A DNA stretch of 64,000 bases from Heptranchias perlo (taxonomy: Eukaryota), in the NCBI RefSeq assembly GCF_035084215.1, contig NC_090363.1, positions 1,488,001 to 1,552,000 on the forward strand. The letters run 5' to 3'. Under the pieces are notes generated by a model. That model was not told the origin of the DNA, made no database searches, and saw nothing but the letters and a program-made list of their open reading frames with translations. Made by a program: the position numbers and the translations under genes. This document shows, piece by piece, positions 37,701 through 47,852 of the stretch (within the stretch, counting starts at the first letter, position 1; every line of letters starts with the position of its first letter).

Positions 37701-40700
37701 CTCTGTAATATTGTCCGTCTCCCCCCCCCCCCCCACAGCTCATCTGCTGCTGAAACCCTCATCCGTGCCTTTGTTACCTCCAGACTCGACTATGCCAATG
37801 CTCTCCTGGCCGGCCTCCCATCTTCCACCCTCCATAAACTTGAGCTCATCCAAAACTCTGCTGCCCCGTATCCTAACTCGCACCAAGTCCCGTTCACCCA
37901 TCACCCCCTGTGCTCGCTGACCCACATTGCCTCCCGGTCCAAGAACACCTTCCATTTAAAAAATTTTCATCCTTGTTTTCAATTCCCTCCATGGCCTCGC
38001 CCCCTCCCTATCTCTGTAACCTCCTCCAGCCCTACAATCCTCCGAGATCTCTGCGCTCCTCCAATCCTGGCCTCTTGCACATCCCCAATTTTAATCACTC
38101 CACCATTGGCGGCCGTGACTTCAGCTGCCTCGGCCCCAAGCTCTGGAATTCCCTCCCTAAACCTCTCCACCTCTCTCTCCTCCTTTAAGACGCTCCTTAA
38201 AACCTACCTCTTTGACCAAGCTTTTGGTCACCTGTCCTAATATCTCCTTATGTGGCTCGGTGTCAAATTTTGTTTGATAATTGCTCCTGTGAAGCGCCTT
38301 GGGACGTTTTACTACGTTAAAGGCGCTATATAAATGCAAGTAGTCGTTGTTAGAGTTTTACCATTTAATTCAGTGACGCCGTGGTAACGAAGGTCTGTTA
38401 CGGGGATTGGAGCCAAATGTTTTTTGGGAGCCCAGCAAGATGAAATCAAGCTGACAACTGAGCTACCTCTACAGCTTCTTTTGACAGCGTTTCAACAGCT
38501 GATAGTTAATATCGGTAGAGTGCGACGAAAGAGTGTTTCGCTGATATGTGTATTTTCAAAATCGAGGCTGTGGTTAAGGCAGGCTGATGGGGTAGAGGGG
38601 GAGGGAGCTTTACTCTGCGCTTACAGCCAGTCGGGACGCTCCCAATACCCCAAACGCTGAGCGACAAGGAGACAGCAATCCAACCGTAACCCAGCACAGC
38701 CTCCGCCAAGGAATTATAAAGCTTAGTCCCATGCGGCCAAAACAAAAAATTAATTTTAGTGCAACACTAAGAAGGACGATGCCACTCACACAGGTAGCCA
38801 GGAGAAAGTGATATGGCAGGAATTCCATCCGCAGCACATCGTTAAACTTCTTGACGCAGTGCAGCTCGATACCCTGGTTGTCGTATATAAAGAGCCACTT
38901 CTTCTGTGCCACTGCAAACATGGTCTCTGTGTGTAACCACCTTTAAAACGGGACAGGAGCTCGTGTTACTGAAGCTGGTGTAAAACACAAGTGGGAGCAG
39001 CTCTACGGTTAATACGTGCTTGGATCGAACTGATACGTGCACAAGGCGTCTGCCCCGGGACACAGTGAGCTCGAAAGAATGAATTAATTAAATTGTTGTT
39101 ATATAGCGCACACTCCCCTTCCCCTCACATCCTCAGGACATCCCAGAGCACAATGAGTTACGTTTGAGGGGCAGTCACCGTTGTAATGTAGGCAAATGCA
39201 ACGACCAATTTGAGCACAGCAAGATCCCACAAACAGCAATGAGATAAATGATCAGATCATCTGTTTTTTTTTTTAGTGATTTTGGTTGAGGGATAAATAT
39301 CGGCCCCAGGACACCGGGGAGAACTCCCCTGCTCTTCTTCCAATAGTGACCGTGGGGTCTTTTGCGGTCACCCGAGAGGGCAGACAGGGGCCTCGGTTTA
39401 ATGTCTCACCTGAAAGGGTTGAGGGACATTAGGCGCTCCCTCAATACTGCACTGGTCAGCCTGGATTATGTGATCGTCCCCGGAATGGGGCTTGAACCCA
39501 CGACTTCCGGACTGAAGAGGTGAGAGTGGCATTCGTGACGGGCTCAGCGTCAACCAACAATGACAGAGAAAAGTAGTGGTGGCGCAGAAGGAAATTTTAC
39601 AGTCTGGTCTCATTTCGATTCACTGTTCTGAGTTTTTAAGCGGAAGTGTGTGGAATGAGACAGAAGAAAAGGTTGGAATGTAAAACAAGCTCAGATTGGG
39701 ACTAGGCATGGAATGTAAAGTTTGAATTACTGGTTACACTGAATAAAAAGTGCTTTCAACGAGATATGTAACATTCGATGGTCAGGTCAGGCTGATCTAG
39801 CGAGCCTACAATTAACAGAGCCGATAAATACTGACAACAATAATTCCTGGCATTAATCAGAATTAAACTCTCTCGTCAATCCTCAAATTCCTCTTTAGCA
39901 AAAAGGAGAGTGACCAAGTACCGGATATCGTTGACCCGTTCCATCACGTTGGTCTCACACAGGAGCTGCTTGGTGTGCCAGTCCAGGGCTGCCACATGCC
40001 CTCTGCGTCCAGCCAGCAGCAAGTGCCTGGAGGGAACAAAAAACACAAACCTCAGCACTTTCCCGATAGAGAGCGACGATCGCTGGAGCTCACAACAATT
40101 ATACACAACCCCGAATAAACCAGCACACAGCACTGCACATCTCACTATAATTAAAACATTGTGCATCGCTGCACTCCCGGTATTGCATTCACTCCCCTCC
40201 CGAGGGAGGAGGACACCGGGGGTGTGTGAGGTGAGGGAGGAGGACCCCGGGGGGAGTGAGGTGAGGGAGGAGGACCCCGGGGGGGGGGGACCCCGGGGGG
40301 GTGAGGGAGGGGGATCTCAAGGGGAGTGATGCACAAGAGCGCCAAGAATTTATCATCAATACCAAACGGTAATGTCCGTTCTCCACCCGACATCTCCTTA
40401 AATGGGTACAAGGGGCCAGGAGCACGTCGTGCAGGGAATGCCAGATATGCTGTGCCAGTTGGCAGTGCCATCTCGGTTATGTTAATTTGTAATCCACCTC
40501 CTGCTCCCTAACTGTTGCTCTGGTGCCTCTCTCTCCCTGAATTACACACGTGGATTCACAACGGCTTTCTTTACCTGCCATTCCTGGTGTAGTTTATTCG
40601 GTACGGGCCAAACTGATTGAGGTCAAGATTGAAGTACTGGGGGAAAAAAAAAAGACAGAAAAGGATTTAAGAGACTTTGGGATGTAAACACACACAAAAC

Positions 40701-43700
40701 TATGTTTTTAAAACAAGGCACGGAAGCAAGAAGCAGATATGTTAACGGCAGATTCAGATTCTCAGCTCCCTGACTATTACCACCCAGTCAGAACGGCAGA
40801 ATTTACCCGCAGTAAAGGACAGAAACACTTCACCCTTATAAATGCAAGTTTTGTTGTTGAGGGTTGGGCTATCGGCTGCACTTGTGTCCTCTCATGGTCT
40901 GGAAATCGAGGTTAAAATCTTCGACCTGCGCACGGCGATGGTGACCCCTTATAAACCTCCCAGGATGTCTCTCTGCACGAGGAACATTACAGCAACGCAA
41001 GATGCTGAGAGAGGCATCAGCTCGGCCAGACACCTGACCGGTCCTGATTGGCGTCTTTTACTACAATCTGATGTTTTAGCAACAAAAAAAAGTGCTCCTG
41101 AAGTATGAACAATAAACAAACTTTCACAGCGATTGGGGTCAAGGGGAAAGAGCAGGATTCAGCCCAGGTTGTGGGAACGCGCCCGTCACTGCCAGCTTGA
41201 TGCCCCCTTTGTTAGTGCCATCAGACGCTGACCTTTGAACTGCTGGTGATGTCGACAGCGTCTGCAATGTCCTGCTGTTGGATGATGCATGTGTCCTCTC
41301 CCTCATCGGCCTCCAGGAACCTGGGATTTTGGGAGACAAAAAGAAAGAGGAAGATCGGAGATGGAACACACGATGAATTTAAACCAGGATTTTTCAGCAC
41401 TTTTACACTCCAGCCGTCGCACGGCAGTTTCAAATATTTTCACATCTTTATCACATTACATAAACTCCGCTCGACTTTGATAAATGAATATCATGGATTT
41501 TCACACATCAATTCAGCCTTCTGGGAGAGGGCGAGCAGGGTGGTAACTGTGCTGTTGCACTGTAGACAGGTGTTACGTCAAAGTAGGTTTTAAGGAGCGT
41601 CTTAAAAAGGAGGAGAGGTTTAGGGAGGGAATTCCAGAGCTTAGGGCCCAGGCAGCCGAGGGCACGGCCGCCAATGGTGGAGCGATTTAGATCAGGGGAT
41701 GCGCAAGAGGCCAGAATTGGAGGAGCGCAGAGAGCACAGAGGGTTGTAGGACTGGAGGAGGAGAAAAGTCTGCTCGAACTGCAGAAAACGTACAGGGGAC
41801 CGAAGGGGCAAATCTGAACTCTCTCAGCATCAACGTTCCTGCCACGAGGGGCAGTTTTGTGTCATTTACACAGCGTTTGAAGAGGATGGAGTCCGGCACT
41901 GTCCACTCCCCTCGAATCGCAGTCCCTTCATTCAGAATTACCTCTTCATTAGAGTTCACTTCTAGCAAAAATAAAAGCCTTCTGTGCTGCTCTATTGCTT
42001 AATTCCAACTACTGGCTAATTTAATTTTTTTTTTAAGTAAAAACATCACAAGCCACAACAGGAGTGGACTGTGTTGTTGTAACCCTGCAACACATCGTCT
42101 GAGCTGGCAATGGAAGGACTTTTACAAACTCAGCACACTCCAAACTACTTCACAGCCATCCAGTTATTTCTGAAGCGTAGTCACTGTTACGTCACCAAAT
42201 ATAGTAACCAATTTGCACACAGCAAGATCCCAATACAGCAAATGCAATGATCAGTTAATGGGTTTTGTTTTTAAAATGGTGATGCTGGTTGAGGGAGGAT
42301 TGTCGGCCCAGGACACCAGGACTTCACCGCTGCCCCTCTTCAAATAGTGGCATGGGATCTTTCTTGTCCACAGGCCACAGGCAGACGGGGGCCTCGGTTT
42401 AACATCCGAAAGACGCCCCCTCCGACAGTGCAGCGCTCCCTCGGTACTGGCCCTCCGACAGTGCAGCGCTCCCTCGGTACTGGCCCTCCGACAGTGCAGC
42501 GCTACCTCAGTACTGTCCCTCCGACAGTGCAGCGCTACCTCAGTACTGACCCTCCGACAGTGCAGCGCTCCCTCAGTACTGACCCTCCGACAGTGCAGCG
42601 CTCCCTCAGTACTGACCCTCCGACAGTGCAGCGCTCCCTCAGTACTGACCCTCCGACAGTGCAGCGCTCCCTCGGTACTGACCCTCCGACAGTGCAGCGC
42701 TCCCTCGGTACTGACCCTCCGACAGTGCAGCGCTCCCTCAGTACTGACCCTCCGACAGTGCAGCGCTCCCTCGGTACTGACCCTCCGACAGTGCAGCGCT
42801 CCCTCCGTACTGGCACCGGGAGTGTCGGCCTGGATTACGTGATGGGGATGTGTGAGGCTTCAACCCGCGACCGTCTGACTCAGAGGCTGAGGTGTTTACC
42901 ACTGAGCCAAGGCTAACACTTGTCCGGGAGGGGGGGTTGTGAGGGAGCTCTACTTGATTCAAAAAGTAAAATGTCCAATGCTGTCACACCTAGAACAACA
43001 GATTCTCACGCTGGCTTAGATCTGTACCTTGTGACACTGCGTTGAGCTCTCACAGCTACAGACTGACTCTTGTACAATGTCCAAGCACTGGTGCACAATG
43101 ACACTGTCAGGCCAGACCCCCACCCCATGTACCCTCACTGCACCGGGACAGTGAATCCAGTGCTATTTGTTTTGTGAGCAGAGCAATAATTACGGGTGGG
43201 CACTGGCAGCCGAGATGGTGAGTTAGAGCATTGGGCAGAGCTGGGACACTAACCCCGGTCACAGACACCACCACTGGGACACCAGATCAGTCCTTACCCT
43301 GCTTCTTCCGGGAGCAAGAGGTCAAAACTCGCAGCCCGTTTCTGGGCCTGCTTATATTTCTTCTCCAGGGTCTTCAGTCGATTCTTCACTGCCGTTCTTG
43401 CGATTCCACTCTTGGGAGGGGAGAAAATAAAACAGTAAAGTTCTGCATTTGAGTAAGTGAACATTGAACATCTCGACTGTGCAACGTCACTGTGAGAATC
43501 AATGTGTATCTCCCGTCGTTCCGCACCCCACAGAACCATTTCTTCCTCGGAGAGATTTTCACAGCCCCTCAAACCGGTCAACGTCCCACATTCAGTCGGC
43601 GAGAGCGCCCGCCGACAGCCCCGGGGAGGGGGGGCGAGAACGCCCGCCGACAGCCCCGGGGAGGGGGGGCGAGAACGCCCGCCGACAGCCCCGGGGAGGG

Positions 43701-46700
43701 GGGGCGAGAGCGCCCGCCGACAGCCCCGGGGAGGGGGGGCGAGAGCGCCCGCCGACAGCCCCGGGGAGGGGGGGCGAGAGCGCCCGCCGACAGCCCCGGG
43801 GAGGGGGGGCGAGAGCGCCCGCCGACAGCCCCGGGGAGGGGGGGGCGAGAGCGCCCGCCGACAGCCCCGGGGAGGGGGGGGCGAGAGCGCCCGCCGACAG
43901 CCCCGGGGAGGGGGGGGCGAGAGCGCCCGCCGACAGCCCCGGGGAGGGGGGGGGCGAGAACGCCCGCCGACAGCCCCGGGGAGGGGGGGGCGAGAACGCC
44001 CGCCGACAGCCCCGGGGAGGGGGGGGCGAGAACGCCCGCCGACAGCCCCGGGGAGGGGGGGGCGAGAACGCCCGCCGACAGCCCCGGGGAGGGGGGGGCG
44101 AGAACGCCCGCCGACAGCCCCGGGGAGGGGGGGGCGAGAGCGCCCGCCGACAGCCCCGGGGAGGGGGGGGGCGAGAGCGCCCGCCGACAGCCCCGGGGAG
44201 GGGGGGGCGAGAGCGCCCGCCGACAGCCCCGGGGAGGGGGGGCGAGAGCGCCCGCCGACAGCCCCGGGGAGGGGGGGCGAGAGCGCCCGCTGACAGCCCC
44301 GGGGAGGGGGGGGCGAGAACGCCCGCCGACAGCCCCGGGGAGGGGGGGGGTGGAGGGGGCGACAGCGCCCGCTGCCAGCCCCGGGGAGGGTGGGGGGGTG
44401 GAGGGGGCGACAGCGCCCGCAGCCAGCCCCGGGGAGGGTGGGGGGGGTGGAGGGAGCGACAGCGCCCGCTGCCAGCCCCGGGGAGGGGGGGGGGTGGAGG
44501 GGGCGACAGCGCCCGCAGCCAGCCCCGGGGAGGGTGGGGGGGGTGGAGGGAGCGACAGCGCCCGCTGCCAGCCCCGGGGAGGGGGGGGGTGGAGGGGGCG
44601 ACAGCGCCCGCTGCCAGCCCCGGGGAGGGTGGGGGGGGTGGAGGGGGCGACAGCGCCCGCTGCCAGCCCCGGGGAGGGGGGGGGTGGAGGGGGCGACAGC
44701 GCCCGCTGCCAGCCCCGGGGCAATTTTCTTTTACACTAATACCAAAATCTGCAAGAAAAGTTGCTCTAAAATCTTGACTTGTGAATACAATTTCCTCACC
44801 AGTGTAATTTTCTCTCCTCGTTCGAACTTTTTGATCACCTCTTGAGGGATGGGTGCGGGTCCTGGGAAGGGATCGTCTTTCTGGAAGAAAAAAAAGAATT
44901 GATTTAAAAAAAAAAATTCCTGGGGTAATTTCGAAGTTATATGTGAAGTGGTGATAGGCACAGATTGACGACGTGGTACAGCACACAGTGTCAGAGTGTG
45001 GGAGGGTCCAGCTGCTGTAGTGGTGGGATCATTGCCACAGACAGACAGACGTACACACACGCACGAGGACTGGTCATTTAGGGGTTGGGCTTTCGCAGAA
45101 CATGACTTCAGTGCAAGGTACTGACTCCAGGAGGGGTGGTAAAGGGAGTTTCTTCAACAACTGTCGGAAAACTAGACACTTTGGAACTAGACTCACTGGT
45201 ACACAGGTGATCACACTGGAACTAGTGTCACTGCTCACACTCCTGGTACACAGGTGATCACATTGGAACTAGTGTCACTGCTCACACTCCTGGTACACAG
45301 GTGATCACACTGGAACTAGTGTCACTGCTCACACTCCTGGTACACAGGTGATCACATTGGAACTAGTGTCACTGCTCACACTCCTGGTACACAGGAACTA
45401 GTGTCACTGCTCACACTCCTGGTACACAGGTGATCACACTGGAACTAGTGTCACTGCTCACACTCCTGGTACACAGGTGATCACATTGGAACTAGTGTCA
45501 CTGCTCACACTCCTGGTACACAGGAACTAGTGTCACTGCTCACACTCCTGGTACACAGGAACTAGTGTCACTGCTCACACTCCTGGTACACAGGTGATCA
45601 CACAGGAACTAGTGTCACTGCTCACACTCCTGGTACACAGGAACTAGTGTCACTGCTCACACTCCTGGTACACAGGTGATCACACTTCACTCTGCTGTAT
45701 AAACAAGCACTCATAAGACAGATATCAGAATGAAAGACCTATTTCACTTTGATAGTTGAAGGTTGGCAGAGAAATAGAAACAGGAAGTGAAGCACAGAAG
45801 GAAGTGCTTGAGGGCACCTGAAACAGAACGCAGGAACTGCTAGACCAAGGTCCATCTAGTTCACCTTCTAACCCCCTGGTAGTCACGCAGTACAGCGACT
45901 GAAGGTGAAAGCAGGATAAATAAGGGATGTTTGAACAAAACACCATACTTTTTCCAATTTAATCAGCCTTGAAATTCCGTTGCCGTGAAAATCCATCGAG
46001 AGAGAAATCCCAACTTACCCCTGAAATCGCCCGCTTCGTGCCACCCCTCAGTTTATGTCTCTTCCTCAGGTTTGCCGTTTGAGCTTTCTGCCCTGCTGAC
46101 TTTTTGTCTTCTGGCTTTTCCTGGCCTCCATGCACTTCCCCAGCCACTGTGGGCTCTCCAGCCTGCGTTTCATCCGTCTCCCAGTACCTCTTTCTTTTCT
46201 GAAAAGGACAATGAATGTCAGAGATGAGCACAAAAGTCCCCAGCCCCCTCACCCTGGTCACCAGCTACAATCTCCAAGCTAATAGATTTTGGATATAATA
46301 TCCCTCAAGTTAAAAACAACAGAACAGGAAATGAAAGGGCCATTTTTAGGAGAAATGAAAGATCCCACTTTAACCGAATGGAAATATATCAGTATAAAAA
46401 CAATATGCAGAAAGCAAGCGTCCGACATCACCAGAAAATAACGTCCTCTGACCGTCTGATGAGGGAAGGTAATCCATTGGTTTAGTTTTAAACTGAAGTG
46501 AACGCACTAAACCAAGGACTTGGGATGTCTCCATGGTCTAAAACCACATCAACACTCACCGGGTGGACATCTGTCTCGGGCGAATCGCCTGTCACACGGC
46601 CGCTTGGTATTCAGTTCTAGTGCAGTCAGTGCAACTGAATAACGGGCGGCCGATACAACGGGGGTGATTTTAACCCCCAAGAACGGACAGGTTGGGGGCG

Positions 46701-47668
46701 GGTGGGAGTTGAAAATAGTCGTTTTTTTGGGGTCGCGACTGCAACCCGGCTTTATTTCCGGGTTTAACGTCGGCATGTAAAAGTACGGTCTTCCCACCGG
46801 GAATGCAAAGTCCGAAAATTTTGTGGCTGCGACCCAAAGAAACCCCCAACTATTTTCAACTCCCACCTGCTCCCAACCCACCCAATAACTCCCGATTTAC
46901 TGCACTGCCCCGAGGCCGGTCTCTCCCCGCCCTCTCGGGGTGAGCCGCAGCCCCAGTGAAGAACCGAAGGGGGTTCAGCAATTCCTGAATCCACAACCCA
47001 GCGCCACTCGGCCAGGGGGCTGTGACTGGCCGCAGTGTCCAGGGGGTGGGGAGAGGGGGAAGGGGGGGGGGGAGAGGGGGGGAAGGGGGGGGGGAGAGGG
47101 GGGGAAGGGGGGGGAGAGGGGGAAGGGGGGGTGGGAGAGGGGGAAGGGGGGGGGGGGGAGAGGGGGTTGGAGGGGGAAGGGGTGGAGGGGGAGGGGAGGG
47201 GGGGGTGGAGGGGGAGGGGAGGGAGGGNNNNNNNNNNNNNNNNNNNNNNNNNNNNNNNNNNNNNNNNNNNNNNNNNNNNNNNNNNNNNNNNNNNNNNNNN
47301 NNNNNNNNNNNNNNNNNNNNNNNNNNNNNNNNNNNNNNNNNNNNNNNNNNNNNNNNNNNNNNNNNNNNNNNNNNNNNNNNNNNNNNNNNNNNNNNNAGGC
47401 CCCCCTCCCACACTATGGGTCACCTCCCCCAGGGGGTCCCTAAAACCCTCCTCCCCCCCCCCCCCCCGGGCCGCTCTCCCAGGCCTCCTGCCTCCGCCCC
47501 AGGCCCCTCTCTACAAAGGCCGGGGGGACGGCCGTCCTGAGCCGGGTCCAACTCTTCCCCATCGCCTGCAGCCTCCGGGTTTAAATGTACGGAGGGGGAA
47601 GGAGGGCCTCGGACCACGGCCTCGATTACCTGGGACACCCCGCGCCTCTCGCCTCCTGGCGCCGCCAT
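25686..47668 (-). CDS. WDR46: WD repeat-containing protein 46 (BING4/UTP7), whole gene span, 16 coding exons, 1773 nt / 590 aa
   Basis: All 16 exons join in frame with compatible phases. Motifs [60 protein letters not shown] and [12 protein letters not shown], and the ALDRF end, match WDR46. Confidence 0.95.
25803..26366. repeat. 53-bp minisatellite, ~10.5 copies, abutting the WDR46 last acceptor
   Basis: AAAAACAGAGGGGCGATTAATTATTACAGTGAAAGCAGAGTTACTAACAAACC. Confidence 0.95.
27085..28198 (+). mobile_element. LINE (CR1/L2 group, 'HHHLLKGN' family), 5'-truncated
   Basis: [34 protein letters not shown]; one in-frame stop; A-rich tail. Confidence 0.92.
28577..28948 (-). mobile_element. CR1 3' end
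   Basis: [12 protein letters not shown]...WNSLP...GKWS, as in the 5411 copy. Confidence 0.88.
29000..29113 (-). CDS. WDR46: WDR46 exon 15
   Basis: cag|[38 protein letters not shown]|gtgagt, 114 nt. Confidence 0.93.
29434..29529 (-). CDS. WDR46: WDR46 exon 14
   Basis: ttccag|[32 protein letters not shown]|gtgagt, 96 nt. Confidence 0.93.
29668..30180. mobile_element. Two CR1 3' ends in inverted orientation
   Basis: 29668-29824 is the reverse complement of ~29996-30139. Confidence 0.8.
30310..31050. repeat. ~67-74-bp minisatellite, 10 full copies
   Basis: CCCAGTACGTGACGAGGCCCACTCCTCACTGGA(T/A)TAAAGCTCACTCACTCAGCACAGAGAGCA... Confidence 0.92.
31688..31782 (-). CDS. WDR46: WDR46 exon 13
   Basis: ctag|(G)[31 protein letters not shown]|gtcggt, 95 nt. 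Confidence 0.93.
31873..32305 (+). mobile_element. L2-like LINE fragment
   Basis: [24 protein letters not shown] and LWNSLP remnants. Confidence 0.85.
32376..32523 (-). CDS. WDR46: WDR46 exon 12 (GC donor)
   Basis: cgcag|[49 protein letters not shown](G)|gcaagt, 148 nt. Confidence 0.92.
32615..32955 (+). mobile_element. LINE 3' end ('HHHLLKGN' family)
   Basis: Matches 27858-28198. Confidence 0.88.
32956..33265 (+). mobile_element. Degenerate SINE
   Basis: TGTGGGAGCTTGCTGTGTACAAATTGGCTGC core and the tail are the reverse complement of the minus-strand copies. Confidence 0.65.
33500..33838 (-). mobile_element. tRNA-headed Deu-domain-type SINE
   Basis: Minus-strand head GTCAGCGGTGGCTCAGTGAGTGG...GGGCTCAAGCCCC has A-box/B-box-like motifs; conserved core. 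Confidence 0.82.
33888..34041 (-). CDS. WDR46: WDR46 exon 11
   Basis: cgcag|(T)[51 protein letters not shown]|gtaagc, 154 nt. Confidence 0.93.
34407..35087 (+). mobile_element. Solo LTR (681 bp) inserted in a CR1 fragment
   Basis: TG...CA ends, 9/10 terminal inverted match (TGTGGAAAAC / GTTTTCGACA), 4-bp TSD CTAT (34403-34406, 35088-35091), ATTAAA near 35011. The CR1 sequence is continuous across it (compare 57490-57510). Confidence 0.8.
35437..35536 (-). CDS. WDR46: WDR46 exon 10
   Basis: ttag|(G)[32 protein letters not shown](T)|gtaagc, 100 nt. Confidence 0.93.
36080..36215 (-). CDS. WDR46: WDR46 exon 9
   Basis: gcag|[45 protein letters not shown](G)|gtgaga, 136 nt. Confidence 0.93.
36225..36923. 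other. Assembly gap / N run
   Basis: Ns; the WDR46 frame needs no exon here. Confidence 0.99.
37660..38350 (+). mobile_element. L2-like LINE 3' part
   Basis: [11 protein letters not shown] and ELIQNSAA remnants; complete tail ending GGCGCTATATAAATGCAAGTAGTCGTTGTT. Confidence 0.88.
38790..38940 (-). CDS. WDR46: WDR46 exon 8
   Basis: aag|(R)[50 protein letters not shown]|gtgagt, 151 nt. Confidence 0.94.
39098..39550 (-). mobile_element. Near-full-length tRNA-headed SINE
   Basis: Tail, core and B-box-like GGGTTCAAGCCCC (minus strand). Confidence 0.82.
39922..40026 (-). CDS. WDR46: WDR46 exon 7
   Basis: ccag|(R)[34 protein letters not shown](R)|gtactt, 105 nt. Confidence 0.92.
40575..40636 (-). 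CDS. WDR46: WDR46 exon 6
   Basis: ccag|[20 protein letters not shown](R)|gtaaag, 62 nt. Confidence 0.93.
41233..41320 (-). CDS. WDR46: WDR46 exon 5
   Basis: ccag|(G)[29 protein letters not shown]|gtcagc, 88 nt. Confidence 0.93.
41580..41760 (-). mobile_element. L2-like LINE fragment
   Basis: Reverse complement of ~38020-38215. Confidence 0.8.
42130..42916 (-). mobile_element. SINE with internal 33-bp expansion (~42413-42810, ~12 copies)
   Basis: The SINE body continues on both sides of the array. Confidence 0.88.
43298..43410 (-). CDS. WDR46: WDR46 exon 4
   Basis: caag|[37 protein letters not shown](G)|gtaagg, 113 nt. Confidence 0.9.
43597..44720. repeat. GC-rich G-run minisatellite (~35-38 bp, then ~45 bp)
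   Basis: GCGAGAGCGCCCGCCGACAGCCCCGGGGAGGGGGG units; source of the spurious long ORFs. Confidence 0.95.
44800..44880 (-). CDS. WDR46: WDR46 exon 3
   Basis: ttccag|[27 protein letters not shown]|gtgagg, 81 nt. Confidence 0.92.
45195..45685. repeat. 47/35-bp mixed-unit minisatellite
   Basis: GGAACTAGTGTCACTGCTCACACTCCTGGTACACA(GGTGATCACACT). Confidence 0.92.
46019..46198 (-). CDS. WDR46: WDR46 exon 2
   Basis: ttcag|[12 protein letters not shown]...GGTKRAISG|gtaagt, 180 nt; RYWE and ISG match the WDR46 N-terminus. Confidence 0.88.
46660..46883. mobile_element. MITE copy (right end missing)
   Basis: Homologous to the complete copy at 56663-56892. Confidence 0.75.
47228..47396. other. Assembly gap / N run following a G-rich purine tract (47041-47227)
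   Basis: Ns. Confidence 0.99.
47630..47668 (-). CDS. WDR46: WDR46 exon 1 coding part
   Basis: aagATGgcggcg gives [13 protein letters not shown]|gtaatc: strong Kozak context, CpG island, phase 0. Confidence 0.8.
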
Positions 47669-47850
47669 CTTCTCCCCACGCTGTGTCTCCGGGGAGGGAA
47701 CAATAAAGTCCTGTTAGTATTTTGCTTTTAATAAAGTTCTGTTGACGTTTCCAAGGAGACGGCGGTCAGGCCTAGTGCCCCAGGGGGCGGATTGAAGCCT
47801 GAGCGTCGCGCCCGGCAACAACCCGGAGAGCGGCTGGGATTCTCGGCATT
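47659..47850 (-). promoter_or_regulatory. WDR46 promoter: YY1 motif over the ATG, RFX X-box-like palindrome, GC box
   Basis: AAGATGGCGGC (minus), CGTTTCCAAGGAGACG at 47746-47761, GGGGCGG at ~47784, GGCAAC half-site at ~47814. Confidence 0.6.
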
Positions 47851-47852
47851 AG

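Noticed and set aside
43464-44986. Several 260-460-aa Gly/Pro/Arg-rich ORFs
   Set aside because: GC-rich intronic minisatellite that is open in most frames.
46560-46616. Possible 57-nt poison exon in WDR46 intron 1 (strong CCG|GTGAGT donor)
   Set aside because: The acceptor lacks a pyrimidine tract and nothing else supports it without RNA data.
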